Source of the DNA: Octopus vulgaris
Lineage: Eukaryota
Reading direction: 5' to 3'
DNA: 64,000 bases
Assembly: GCA_951406725.2 (NCBI GenBank)
Contig: OX597838.1
Location: forward strand, 17,856,001 to 17,920,000
Program-made: the position numbers and the translations under genes
In this document: piece after piece, positions 1 through 12,422 of the stretch
Numbering within the stretch: the stretch's first letter is position 1
Layout: every line of letters starts with the position of its first letter
Notes under the pieces: generated by a model
Told to the model about the DNA's origin: nothing
Database searches by the model: none
What the model saw: only the letters and a program-made list of their open reading frames with translations

Positions 1-502
1 TTTGGGTGAGGTGGGGGGTCTTTCTCTCTTTACTCTTTTACTCTTTTACTCTTTTACTTGCTTTAGTCATTTGACTGCGGCCATGCTGGAGCACCGCCTT
101 TAATCGAGCAACTCGACCCCGGGACTTATTCTTTGTAAGCCCAGTACTTATTCTATCGGTCTTTTTTGTCGAACCGCTAAGTGACGGGGACGTAAACACA
201 CCAGCATCGGTTGTCAAGCGATGTTGGATGGGACAAATACAGACACACAAACATATACACATACACACATATATATATATATACATATATACGACAGGCT
301 TCTTTCAGTTTCCGTCTACCAAATCCACTCACAAGACATTCCTTGCCGAGATATCACATCCTGAAAGTCGCGAAACTTTGCATTTTTCTCGGTTTTTAAG
401 TTATGGCGTTTGTGACGGTCTGTTACTAAATGCTTCATATAATACTACAATTGTTTCATAACCACTTTACCAGAAGATCATTGCTGAAATATTATTATAT
501 AA

Positions 503-905
503 CTAGCAGTATCGCCCGACGTTGCTCGGATTTGTAAGGGAAATAACTATATAAGCATTTTTAGAGAGTTATAGCCAAAAAATAGCAAAAAAAAATGCAT
601 TAAAAATGGGAAAAAATGATGGTAATTTTTTTTAAAAATCGTTGACTCATCGTAGACATTTTTAGAGAGTTACTTCCCTTATATAATAGCGAAAAAATGC
701 ATTAAAATGGAAAAAAATGATGGTAAATTATTTTTAAAATCGTAGACTCATCGTAGACGCGGGCTAATACTCAGAAGGGCTCGATATGAATCACGACTAT
801 AAGATACCCGCTTTTGGTTACACTGCACCGCAAAATGTGGGAGTAGTTAGGAATCTAAAAAGTAGGAGACAGACACTCACACAACTTCACTTTTATATAT
901 AAAGA
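503..905 (-). mobile_element. Non-autonomous Helitron
   Basis: Minus strand A|TCTTTATATATAAA ... GC-rich subterminal hairpin ... CTAG|T. Homologous to 25639-26030 and 35960-36343. Confidence 0.85.
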
Positions 906-1084
906 TATATGAACTAATACATTGTTCTAGCATTATTCCAGCAATACTGAAAAGTCCCAGTTCTTCAAGTATTTCTGCAAACAGTTTACTAAACTGAACC
1001 TCATTCTACAGAATATATACTGTTCGTTGATGACTTTGTAATTATTTAATTAGCATATCACAATTAAAACCAAAGGATACGCAC

Positions 1085-1105
1085 CGGTGCATCATGAAGC
1101 ACGAA
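1085..1105 (-). CDS. Possible 21-nt microexon (FVLHDAP)
   Basis: caatttag|TTC...CCG|gtgcgt, phase 0-0, compatible with the exon at 2321-2443. Confidence 0.2.
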
Positions 1106-1359
1106 CTAAATTGACCGGTCAAGAAATGGGTGGTGGTGGGGTGGTATTCTTTTATTTTTTTATTTGTTTTAGTCATTTGACCTCGGCCATGCTAGAGCAA
1201 CTCCTTTAGTCGAGCAAATCGACCCCAGGACTTTATTCTTTGTAAGCCTAGCACTTATTTTATATCGGTCTCTCTTGTCAAACCGCGAAGTTACGGGGAC
1301 GTAAACACACCAGCATCAGTTTTCGAGCGATGTTGGTGGGAGGGACAAACACAGACACA

Positions 1360-1406
<47 letters not shown>

Positions 1407-1630
1407 TACTCACACGCACACATTAATGTTGCTGTTATGTTCAGTTACGTTAATCTGATGGGTTACTCTGTACTTTTATAGAGTGCCAGTTTTTATTCTT
1501 AATACAAGAATGTTGTTACACACACACACACGCACGCGCGCACGCACTCACAGGGACGTAAACACACCAACACGGGTTGTCAAAGGGACAAGCATAGATA
1601 AAACATACACACATGTAGATATACACATAC

Positions 1631-1694
<64 letters not shown>

Positions 1695-2320
1695 ATACAT
1701 ATCCATATATCCATACACATCCACACACACACACACATGCTGGGCTTCTTTCAGTTTCCTCCTACCAAATCCACTTACAAGACTATGGTTGACCCGAGGC
1801 TATAGCAGAAAACATTTCTCCAAGGTGCCACGATGTAGGACTGAACCCGGAAGTTTGTGGTTGGGAAGCAAGCTTCTTAGCACACAGTCACACCTGCACC
1901 TAACGACCGCGCCTAATAATATTCCAGCAATGATCTTCAGGTAAAACGGTGAGGAATCAATTGTGGAATTATGCAATGAATCGTATTGTTTACTCCAGTC
2001 TCTTTGCTAATGCTTATATCTATATAAACTCTACAGATATTCACTGATTTCCAGGTGTATCTTCAGTGATACAATTAATATTTCCCGTAAAATAGCGTCT
2101 GATAGCCAATACCCGAAGACAGGCTTTGTAAAACAAACTACGAATTGAATTTTTACGCGCTCGAACGCGCGCGCGTGCACCGCACACACACACACATTTG
2201 CAAACATAGACAAAGAAGAAGAACTGAAAGAAGAAGAATTGGAAGAAGAAGAAGAAGAAGAAGAAGAAGAAGAAGAAGAAGAAGAAGAAGAAGAAGAATG
2301 AGCGAACTGATGGAACTTAC

Positions 2321-2443
2321 CTTTTCTAAGCAATTCACCTGACATTGGGCTGTTGGAACCAGATTAGCAGGAATGGCAGCAGATTTCGAAAAGTTAATCC
2401 AAACGAACAAAATGACCGCGAAAAACACTTCTGTAAATAACAT
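2321..2443 (-). CDS. First coding exon of a secreted or membrane protein (signal peptide followed by CxxxC)
   Basis: ATG at 2443; MLFTEVFFAVILFVWINFSKSAAIPANLVPTAQCQVNCLEK followed by a perfect donor AAG|gtaagt. CAG acceptor candidates lie just upstream of the ATG. Confidence 0.65.
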
Positions 2444-2640
2444 CGGTTCTGTTTTCTGTGTATGCACACGTCTGTATGCATGTATGTATAATTGTAAACA
2501 TAAGCATGTGTATACACACACATCTATCTATTCATATATGTGTATATGTGAGTGCATATGCGTATGTATACATGTGTGTGTGAGTATATATATATATATA
2601 TATATATATAATAAAATATTAGGGAGTAAATCCAAACTTA

Positions 2641-2704
<64 letters not shown>

Positions 2705-2837
2705 GACAAAGGGTAAAATTAATTAATTAAGAAGTAATCAATAATTTCTCCAAGTAGAATTCGGCATGAAAAAAGGACCATTTCATGGTAAACTTAAGTA
2801 ATACTTAATAATTAGGGTTCTGCAAAGATTTGCTTTA

Positions 2838-2909
<72 letters not shown>

Positions 2910-2964
2910 TGTATTGAATTAATATATTCAAAATAGTATATAGTATTTTATACCAATTTGTTTA

Positions 2965-3375
2965 GGTAGTGGGTAGCGATTTTCTTCACTGCTTCAGGGA
3001 GTGACGACCCTGCCTGACACGAGGCCCGGCCACAGCTAGCTCCGGCTGACAGTACCCGGTACGGGCCCTTATCCAGGTTTACGGAAAGGAGACAAACTTT
3101 CAAAGAAATCCGGAGTGGCGCCCCGTAGGCGGTTTAATTAGTGTTCGATTCGACACTCTTCCGGCAGCTCTTGCAACCAAAGCTGGTGCCAAACGTAATA
3201 CTGCTCTGCGCTCCTTTGCACCGGGTCGGCAAGGTCGAGAGAAGAATCCTGACGATAGGGGCTACCCAGGATGTAGCCCAGGCCTGTGCAAAACTGGGGA
3301 GGACATGAAATGTAAAAACCAGACTGGATTAGTTTATGCGCAACTCCATTGTCTCCCAAGACAAAAGGATGCCAA
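2965..3375 (+). mobile_element. Probable LINE (RTE-like) 5'UTR fragment
   Basis: GC-rich island with CCGGCAGCTC..CAAAGCTGGTGCCAAACGTA..CTGCGCTCCTTTG, recalled as typical of RTE-group 5' ends; no database check was possible. Confidence 0.45.
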
Positions 3376-3652
3376 CAACAACAATTCCAGTTTGTTTGCG
3401 ATATGTATATTTTCGTGTATGTATATACGTATGTTTATACATACATGCATGTATAAAGTATATGTGTGCGTATATAGAGCGATATAAAGGAAGCGAGAGA
3501 GAGAGAGAGAGAAATGTGTGTTTTATCTGTGAGTGTGTGTGTGTCTGCATGCATGTGTGTTTACGGGTATCTGTGTGTATATGGTGTTATATATTCACCT
3601 GCAGGTGCATATTATGTGTGTGTGTGTGCGCGCGTATATAGAGCGATATAAA

Positions 3653-3692
<40 letters not shown>

Positions 3693-3926
3693 TGTGTTTT
3701 GTCTGTGTGAGTGTGTATGTTTGCATGCGTGTGTGAGTGTGTGTGTGTGTGTCTATGTGTATCTGTCTGTGTATGGTGTTATATGTTCACCGTGTTGTAT
3801 GATTATAGATGTGTATGTAGGCATTTATGTAAGATGCATGCGCGTGTATGTGTGCGCGTGTTTGTGTATATGCGAATACTTGTGCACGTGTGCGTGCTCG
3901 CGCGCGTATGTAAATATGCGCGCGCG

Positions 3927-3959
<33 letters not shown>

Positions 3960-4006
3960 ACACAAGCTTCTAAATATATTTGTTGTTGTTGTTGATGTTT
4001 ACTCGC

Positions 4007-4200
4007 CTGAAGTTCAAATTCCGATCATCGCATCTTCGTTTTTCTTTTTTTTTTCTTTTTCGTTATTCTTCCAAAGTTTATCCGGAGTGAGTGAGTGAGT
4101 AAGTGTGTCTAGGAGTACACGATCCGATGTGCTTTTCCGCTATTTCAAGAGAGGTTGTTTTGGTTTTTGGTTTATGGTTTTAAAGTTTGTGGGAATATTA
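4007..4200 (-). other. Possible non-coding 5' exon of the signal-peptide gene, ending in a GC donor
   Basis: CAG|gcgagt at 4007/4006 within a unique island between microsatellites. The 5' boundary is unknown. Confidence 0.35.
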
Positions 4201-4394
4201 TTTTGCTGGTGATTTTCTAACAGCAAGAGTACTTCAGTGAGATAATTATTCTATATGATTAACAACTAATTAAATAATTAATTATCTAACGGAAACTGGA
4301 GATACCTTAGAATTTAGTCTGAAGACAGCGAAGAAATATCTATCTCTCTATCTGTCTGTCTGTCTGCCTGTCTGTCTGTCTGTCTGTCTGTCTT

Positions 4395-4461
<67 letters not shown>

Positions 4462-4574
4462 GTGTGTGTGTGCGTGCGTACGTGCGTGCGTGTGTGTGTC
4501 TGTTTGTGTGTGTGTGTGCGTGCGTTTGTGTGTGTGTGTTTGTGTGTGTGTGTCTCTATCTGTCTCTTTTTCAC

Positions 4575-4611
<37 letters not shown>

Positions 4612-4866
4612 CACTTTCAATTTCTTTCTCTATCCTTCTCTCTCTCTGTATGTATGTATGTATGTATGTATGTATGTATGTATGTATGAATGTATGTGTA
4701 TGTATGTATGAATGTATGAATGTATGTATGTATGTATGTATGTGTGTATGTATTATGTATGTATGTGTGTACGTACGTATGTATGTATGTATGTATGTAT
4801 GTATGTATGTATGTATGTATGAATGTATGTATGTATGTATGTATGTATGTATTTATGTATGTATGG

Positions 4867-4904
<38 letters not shown>

Positions 4905-5361
4905 ATACAGATAGATCGATAGAAAGTGAAAAAAAAAAAAAGAAAACAAGAAGTCAAGAATACCCAACAAGAATAATAATAGGCGTCCCGTTATTAATAA
5001 ACTGCGAAGACTTTCTCACAGTCGCTACTTTCGGTATTGTTTTGGAATCCAAGAATTTTACGAAAACACGTGAAAGTCCCGCGTGTTTTTTGTCTGTTGT
5101 GATGCGTTAAGGAAAGTCTCACTATCAACCGAATGTACATGTATAGAGTTGGTGGTGGTGGTGGGGGGGCTCAAGATTCTAACCCCGACCCCCCACCGCC
5201 ACCTTCGCTTCTTTTGATTGGATCTGTTTTGAATTCCATCTGGTTCAGTTCTGCTAGGTGGGACCACTAGCACTCCTTCCCTCTTTCTCTTTCTCTCTTT
5301 CTCTTTCTCTTTGACTCTCTCTTTCTCTTTCCCACTTTCACCAGCGCACGCGCTATTTCCT

Positions 5362-5393
<32 letters not shown>

Positions 5394-6124
5394 TCATTTG
5401 CCGATTATTCTCTCTTTTACTCTTTTACTTGTTTCAGTCATTTGACTGCGGCCATGCTGGAGCACCGCCTTTAGTCGAGCAAATCGACCCCGGGACTTAT
5501 TCTTTGTAAGCCCAGTACTTATTCTATCGGTCTCTTTTTCCGAACCGCTAAGTGACGGGGACGTAAACACGCCAGCATCGGTTGTCAAGCAATGCTAGGG
5601 GGACAAACACAGACACAAACATATACACATATACACATATATATATATACATATATACGACAGGCTTCTTTCAGTTTCCGTCTACCAAATCCACTCACAA
5701 GGCTTTGGTCGGCCCAAGGCTATAGCAGAAGACACTTGCCCAAGATGCCACGCAGTGGGACTGAACCCGGAACCATGTGGTTGGTTAGCAAGCTACTTAC
5801 CACACAGCCACTCCTGCGCTTATTCGTTTTTTTTTTGTTTTACTTGTTTCAGTCATTTGGCTGCGGCCATGCTGGAGCACCGCCTCCAGTCGAACGAATC
5901 GACTCTTAGGACTTAGTCTTTGTATGTAAGCTTGTTACTTATTCTATCGGTGTCTTTTGCCGAAACGCTAAGTCACGTGGATGTAAACACACCCGCATCA
6001 GTTGTCAAGCGATGTTGGTGGGACAAACACAGACACAAGGACACATCTAAACATATAGAGAAACAGACAGAAAATGAGAGAGAGAGAGATTCAGAGATAG
6101 ATCGATATATATATATATAGATAT

Positions 6125-6206
<82 letters not shown>

Positions 6207-6296
6207 GTATACATACAGATAGATAGATAAATAGATACGACAGGCTTCTTTCAGTTTCCGTCCACCAAATCCACTCACCAGGCTTTGGTGGCCCGA

Positions 6297-6326
<30 letters not shown>

Positions 6327-6331
<5 letters not shown>

Positions 6332-6560
6332 TAATCCAAACAAGAAAACAAAAACAAAAAAACACAGCAACGCGAGGACGTGGAACAAATAAAGTATTAT
6401 TGGACGCTCGGGAAAGAAGGGAAGAAGGAGGGTTTGACGTTTCGAGCGGAGCTCTTCGTCGGAAACATAGGAGAAGGAAAGATCCCGAGAAGGGAAGACA
6501 GGGGAAAAAATCGCTAGTGATACAGACGAGGTCACATACTAAAAGACGGAAGTAGTAATA
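6327..6560 (-). mobile_element. Short Penelope-like (pLTR-type) non-autonomous element with hammerhead, ending in (TA)n
   Basis: Hammerhead motif, pyrimidine-rich 3' part, abuts (TA)n at 6300-6326. Confidence 0.55.
6432..6466 (-). ncRNA. Minimal type-I hammerhead ribozyme motif
   Basis: GTTT CCGACGA A GAGC-TCC-GCTC GAA ACGT C^AAAC: stem I GTTT/AAAC, core CYGANGA...GAAA, GUC cleavage triplet, palindromic stem III ACGT. Confidence 0.75.
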
Positions 6561-6957
6561 TACTCATAAGGCTTTGATCGGCCCGCGGCAATTATAGAAG
6601 ATACTTGCCCAGGGTGCCACGCAGTGGGACTGATTCCAGAACCATGTGGTTGGGAAGCAAGCTTCTTACCACACAGCCACGCACGCCCCACACACACGCA
6701 CACGTGTGTGTGTGTGTGTGTGTGTGCGTATGTTTGTATATATATGTGTGGATGTGCAATGGCCCAGTGTTGTGTTTCAAAGGGCAGCCCTGTCACACTC
6801 TGTGTCACGCTGAATCTCCCCGAGAACAACGTTAAGGGTACACGTGTCTGTGGAGTGCTCAGCCACTTTCACGTTAATTTCACGAGCAGGCTGTTCCGTT
6901 GATCGGAGCAACGGGAACCCTCGTCGTCGTAACCGACGGAGTTCCACGATATATATA

Positions 6958-7030
<73 letters not shown>

Positions 7031-7401
7031 AGGCGCAATGGCCCAGTGGTTAGGGCAGAGGACTCGAGATCGTAGGATCGCGGTTTCGATTCCCTGATCT
7101 GGACTTGTGAGTGCTTATTGAGCGAAAACACCTACAGCTCCACGAAGCTCCGGCTGTGGGGTGGTGGCGAACCCTGCTGTACTTTTTCTCACCACAACTT
7201 TCTCTCACTCTTTCTTCCTGTTTCTGCGGTACCTGTATTTCAAAGGGGCCAGCCTTGTCACGCTGAATCTTCCCGAGAACTACATTAAGGGTACACCTTC
7301 CTGAGGAGTGCTCAGCCACTTGTACGTTCATTTCACGAGCAGGCTGTTCCTTTAATTGGATCAACTGGAACCCTCGTCGTCGCAACTGACTGAGTGTCAC
7401 G

Positions 7402-7469
<68 letters not shown>

Positions 7470-8409
7470 ACACAGATCGTTTCGTATAGCCAGCTGGAGA
7501 CGATGTCTCCTGGGGTTAAATTACAGCAACATTCATCCTAAACCAGGACTGCCATGTTATGTTGGCAAACAATCTTTACTATGTATGTATGTATGTATGT
7601 ATGTATGTATGTATGTATGTATGTATGTATGTATGTATGTATGTGTGTGTGTGTATGTATGTATGTGTGTGTGTATGTATGTATGTATGATTGTATGTAT
7701 GTATGTATGTGTGTGTGTATGTATGTATGTATGTGTGTATGTGTGTGTGTATGTATGTGTGTATGTATGTATGCATGTATGTATGTATGTGTATGTGTAT
7801 GTGTGTATATGTATGTATGTGTGTACGTATGTATGTGTGTGTGTGTATGTATGTGTGTATGTATGTATGTATGTTTGTGTGAGTGTGTGTATGTATGTGT
7901 GTGTGTGTATGTATGTGTGTGTATATGTATATATGTGTGTGTATGTATGTATGTGTGTATGTATGTATGTACGACGGGCTTTGAGTTTTCGTCTATCAAA
8001 TCCGCAGACGAAGTTTAGGTCAGTCCGAGGCTATAGAAGAAGACACTTGCCCAAGGTCTCACACGGTGGGACTGAACCCGGAACGACTTGGGTGGGAGAA
8101 AAGGAAACTTCTTACCACTGAACCACGCCGGTGCTTACAAAATATTCAACTTTTATCAAAAACTTTTTTTCTTCTTCCATATACGTATCCCACTTCGACT
8201 AAAATCTCATTTGATGTTGTTGGTGCTGCTGTTGTTGATATTGGTGTTAATGTTGCTGCTGCTGTTGTTAATGTTCTTCTTGTTGCTGTTGATATTTTAC
8301 AGGTCCGCCGCCCACCACCCCAACCTCGCCCCCCCCCGATCCCTTCTAATTTTGCTAAGGCCCCAGAAGATTTGAAATGACAGGAATATTTTATTTTGTT
8401 TCAAGTGTG

Positions 8410-8805
8410 TGCGCTCGCTCTCTCTATCGCGCTCGCTCTCTCTCTCGCGCTCGCTCTCTCTCTCGCGCGCTCGCTCTCTCTCTATCGCGCTCGCTCTCTC
8501 TCTCGCGTGCTCGCTCTCTCTCTATCGCGCTCGCTCTCTCTATCGCGCTCGCTCTCTCTATCGCGCTCGCTCTCTCTCTCGCGCGCTCGCTCTCTCTCTA
8601 TCGCGCTCGCTCTCTCTATCGCGCTCGCTCTCTCTCTCGCGCTCGCTCTCTCTCTCTCTCTCTCGCTCGCTCTCTCTATCGTGCTCGCTCTCTCTCTCGC
8701 GCTCGCTCTCTCTCTCGCGCTCGCTCTCTCTATCGCGCTCGCTCTCTCTCTCTCTCGCGCGCGCGCTCGCTCTCTCTATCGCGCTCGTTCTCTCTCTCTC
8801 GCGCG
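8410..8805. repeat. Compound CGCT/CT microsatellite
   Basis: Units of the type TCGCGCTCGCTCTCTCT(A). Confidence 0.95.
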
Positions 8806-9147
8806 CGTGTGTGTGCGTGCGTGCGTAAATGTGTACGTGTGAGTGTGTATATGTGCATATGTGTGAGTGGATTTCGCTTTTTTTTGTTTTTTAATTTTTT
8901 AATTTTTTAAATTTTTTTGTTTCTTTTTTTGTTCGGAAAGACATTAATTGATAGTTATGTTAATTAATTACAAAATTTTTGTCTCGATTTTATTAAAAAT
9001 AGAAAAGTTTCATACTTTTTTTTTTTTTTGTTTTTTGGTTTTTATTTATCTACTTGTTCGTTTATTTTTCTTTTCTTATTGTTTGGTACATGTTTTGCTG
9101 TATATTACATATCGAAGAAGGAAGAAAAAAACCCGATATGATATGTC

Positions 9148-9343
9148 AAAGAAAGAAAGGAAGGAAAGAAGGAAGAAAGAAAGAAAGAAAGAAAGAAAGG
9201 AAGGAAGGAAGGAAGAAAGAAAGGAAGGAAGAAAGGAAGGAAGAAAGAAAGGAAGGAAGAAAGGAAGGAAGAAAGAAAGGAAGAAAGAAACAAAGAAAGA
9301 AAGGAAAGAAAGAAAGGAAGGAAGAAAGAAAGGAAGGAAGAAA

Positions 9344-9376
<33 letters not shown>

Positions 9377-9608
9377 GAAGAAAGAAAGGAAGGAAGAAAG
9401 AAAGGAAGGAAGAAAGAAAGGAAAGAAGGAAGGAAAGGAAGAAAGAAAGAAAGGAAGGAAAGAAAGAAAGAAGGAAAGAAAGGAAAGAAAGAAGGAAAGA
9501 AAGAAAGGAAGAAAGAAAGAAAGGAAGGAAAGAAAGAAAGAAAGAAAGAAAGGAAAGAAAGAAGGAAAGAAAGAAAGAAAGAAAGAAAGGAAAGGAAAAA
9601 GAAAGAAA
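9148..9608. repeat. Polypurine GAAA/GGAA tract
   Basis: About 460 bp almost purely A/G. Confidence 0.95.
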
Positions 9609-10158
9609 GTCCTTGAAATGGAATAAGAGATTGCATACAAATTAGAATAAAGCGAGAAACAACAACAACAACAGCATCAACAAAAAGCGAAATTAAGGAA
9701 TTGAGGAATGCCAAGAATGGTAAATAGATTCCTGGCGGTGCCCATCATGTCAAAGGATTACATGAAAGTGATGCAGGAACGGAAAGGAAACGGTTCCTTA
9801 TTAAATCCTTTTCCATTATATGCACAAGGCCTGAAATTGATACTGGGGGGCCGGGCGAGGCGAGGCGAGGCGGGGGGGGCGGGATGGGGGTTGGGTCGAG
9901 ACAAGTACATCGACCCTCCCCATATACTCTCTTTTTACTCTTTTACTTGTTTCAGTCATTTGACTGCGGCCATGCTGGAGCATCGCCTTTAATCGAGCAA
10001 CTCGACCCCCGGGGACTTATTCTTTTTGTAAAAGCCCAGTACTTATTCTATCGGTCACTTTTTGGCCGAACCGCTAAGTGACGGGGACGTAAACACACCA
10101 GCATCGGTTGTCAAGCAATGCTAGGGGGACAAACACACACACACAAACACACACACAT

Positions 10159-10203
<45 letters not shown>

Positions 10204-10936
10204 TACGACAGGCTTCTTTCAGTTTCCGTCTACGAAATCCGCTCACAAGGCGTTGGTCGGCCCGGGGCTATAGCAGAAGACACTCGCCCAAGATGCCACG
10301 CAGTGGGACTGAACCCGGAACCATGTGGTTGGTTAACAAGCTACTTACCACACAGCCACTTAACTGTTTTTTTTTTTTATTTTATCGACACCGAGCAAAA
10401 AAAAAAAGAAAAGAAATTTGGAAAAGTAAAGTTGACCGCAGAAGAATCTGAACGCGGAATGTCAAGAGCCGGAAGAAATGCTGTTATGCATTTTGTCCGG
10501 TGTGCTAACGATTCTCATTTCTTCATTATCCACAAGGGGCTAAACACAGAGGGGACAAACAAGGACAGACAAACGGATTAAGTCGATTACATCGACCCCC
10601 AGTGCGTAACTGGTACTTATTTAATCAACCCCGAAAGATTGAAAGGTAAAGTTAACCTCGGCGGAATTTGAACTTAGAACGTGGTGGCAGACGAAATACC
10701 AGTGGTAGAGTCTTTAGGTTCTTAGTTCAAATTCCGCCGAGGTCGACTTTGCCCTTCATCCTTTCAGGATCGATATCTTAAGTACCAGTTACGTGCTGGG
10801 GTCGATCTAATCGACTGGCCCCTTCCCGCAAAAAATTTGTATGTATATATGCATATATTTATGTATTATTTATATTAATATATGATCGAACGCCACGCAT
10901 CCTTTTCCAAGTATGCATATATATATATATATATAC

Positions 10937-11133
10937 CGGAGTAAACACATAAATGTGAAACAAGGTGGAAAAAAGAGTACTCAAATACCAGTGGTAGAGT
11001 AATATGCTTTATTTAAAGCAGCAGAAAATTCAACAAAACCTGTTACTCTGAGTTTCACGTTCCCTGTCCGACGAACGGGAACGTGAAACTCAGAGTAACA
11101 GGTTTTGTTGAATTTTCTGCTGCTTTAAATAAA

Positions 11134-11134
<1 letters not shown>
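10937..11134. mobile_element. Penelope-like element remnant with inverted pLTR-type fold-back
   Basis: Perfect 58-bp inverted repeat 11007-11064 / 11077-11134, contains a hammerhead, flanked by (TA)n on both sides. Confidence 0.6.
11063..11102 (+). ncRNA. Minimal type-I hammerhead ribozyme motif
   Basis: CCTGT CCGACGA ACG-GGAA-CGT GAA ACTC-A-GAGT A^ACAGG: three stems plus core, GUA triplet. Confidence 0.78.
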
Positions 11135-11187
<53 letters not shown>

Positions 11188-11192
<5 letters not shown>

Positions 11193-11346
11193 TACAATTC
11201 TTGAAAAGTCACATTATGACGAAAACCGGTTTGAATTAATATATATTTATATATTTTATCAATTTTTCAAGAACTTTTTCCATTCACCCATTTGCATAAA
11301 AATTTTCTTTCAATTTAGCATTCTGCATTTTTACAATTTTTCCTTG

Positions 11347-11348
<2 letters not shown>
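11188..11348 (+). mobile_element. Short hammerhead-bearing element in (TA)n
   Basis: About 160 bp between two (TA)n tracts, with a hammerhead at the 5' end and a T-rich tail. Confidence 0.5.
11196..11237 (+). ncRNA. Minimal type-I hammerhead ribozyme motif, U3-A8 variant
   Basis: AATTC TTGAAAA GTCA-CATTA-TGAC GAA AACCGGTT T^GAATT: 5-bp stem I, 4-bp stem II, palindromic stem III. Confidence 0.68.
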
Positions 11349-11384
<36 letters not shown>

Positions 11385-11553
11385 CATACAGAAACACACA
11401 TATACATGCACATGTATATATACATATATATTAAATATATTTATACACACACGTACACACACATGCAGATAGATAAATAGATGGATAGATAGATATACAG
11501 ATATTGCTATGGATCTATATTTACACATGTATGCAAATACGTATGATATATAT

Positions 11554-11596
<43 letters not shown>

Positions 11597-12055
11597 TACC
11601 CTTCTGCTTTCCAGAATAAAAATGTCGGACTGATAACAGAGAAGATGGAGCAGCGCCCATTTTTACAAAGTTCAAACATTTTTTTTCAAAAATATAATTT
11701 TTTTTTTTTATATATATTTCATTAATCAATTTACACTTGCCAATTTTAATTAGTTTAATTACGTCACTCAAACTCAGCTCAGCTCAGCTTTCTGTCTCTG
11801 TAATTCCTTTTCTTATTGTTATATTGTTTACTCTCTCTTTTACTCTCTTTTACTCTCTTTTACTTGTTTCAGTCATTTGACTGCGGCCATGCTGGAGCAC
11901 CGCCTTTAGTCGAGCAAATCGACCCCAGGACTTATTCTTTGTAAGCCCAGTACTTATTCTATCGGTCTCTTTTGCCGAACCGCTAAGTGACGGGTACGTA
12001 AACACACCAGCATCTGTTGTCAAGCAATGCTAGGGGGACAAACACAGACACACAA

Positions 12056-12132
<77 letters not shown>

Positions 12133-12422
12133 CGACAGGCTTCTTTCAGTTTCCGTCTACCAAATCCACTCACAAGGCTTTGGCCGGCCCGAGGCTATAG
12201 CAGAAGACATTTGCCTAAGATGCCATGCAGTGGGACTGAACCCGGAACCATGTGGCTGGTTAACAAGTTACTTACCACACAGCCACTTCTGCGCCTAGTG
12301 TCGATTTGCTTAGCGGCATTTCGCCCATCTCTATGTTCTGAGTTCAAATTCCGCCAAGGTCAACTTGCCTTTCATCCTTTCGGGGTCGGTATATATCTAG
12401 AAAAGAATATTACTTTAACAAT

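Noticed and set aside
2995-3100. Possible HDV-like or twister ribozyme in the LINE 5'UTR-like island
   Set aside because: Only partial elements fit (GCC/GGC stem, CCGG/CCGG then CUGA); I could not build P1/P2 or the twister pseudoknots by eye.
7029-7105. tRNA-like sequences (also at the heads of other SINE copies)
   Set aside because: They are SINE heads with A/B boxes continuing into SINE bodies; no intact cloverleaf with a terminator.
7467-7580. Sequence also found inverted at about 38373-38500
   Set aside because: Most likely an ordinary dispersed repeat fragment; no diagnostic ends to classify it.
8302-8380. Pro-rich ORF end after a plausible acceptor (VRRPPPQPRPPPIP...)
   Set aside because: Low-complexity C-runs, no partner exons or homology; too weak to call.
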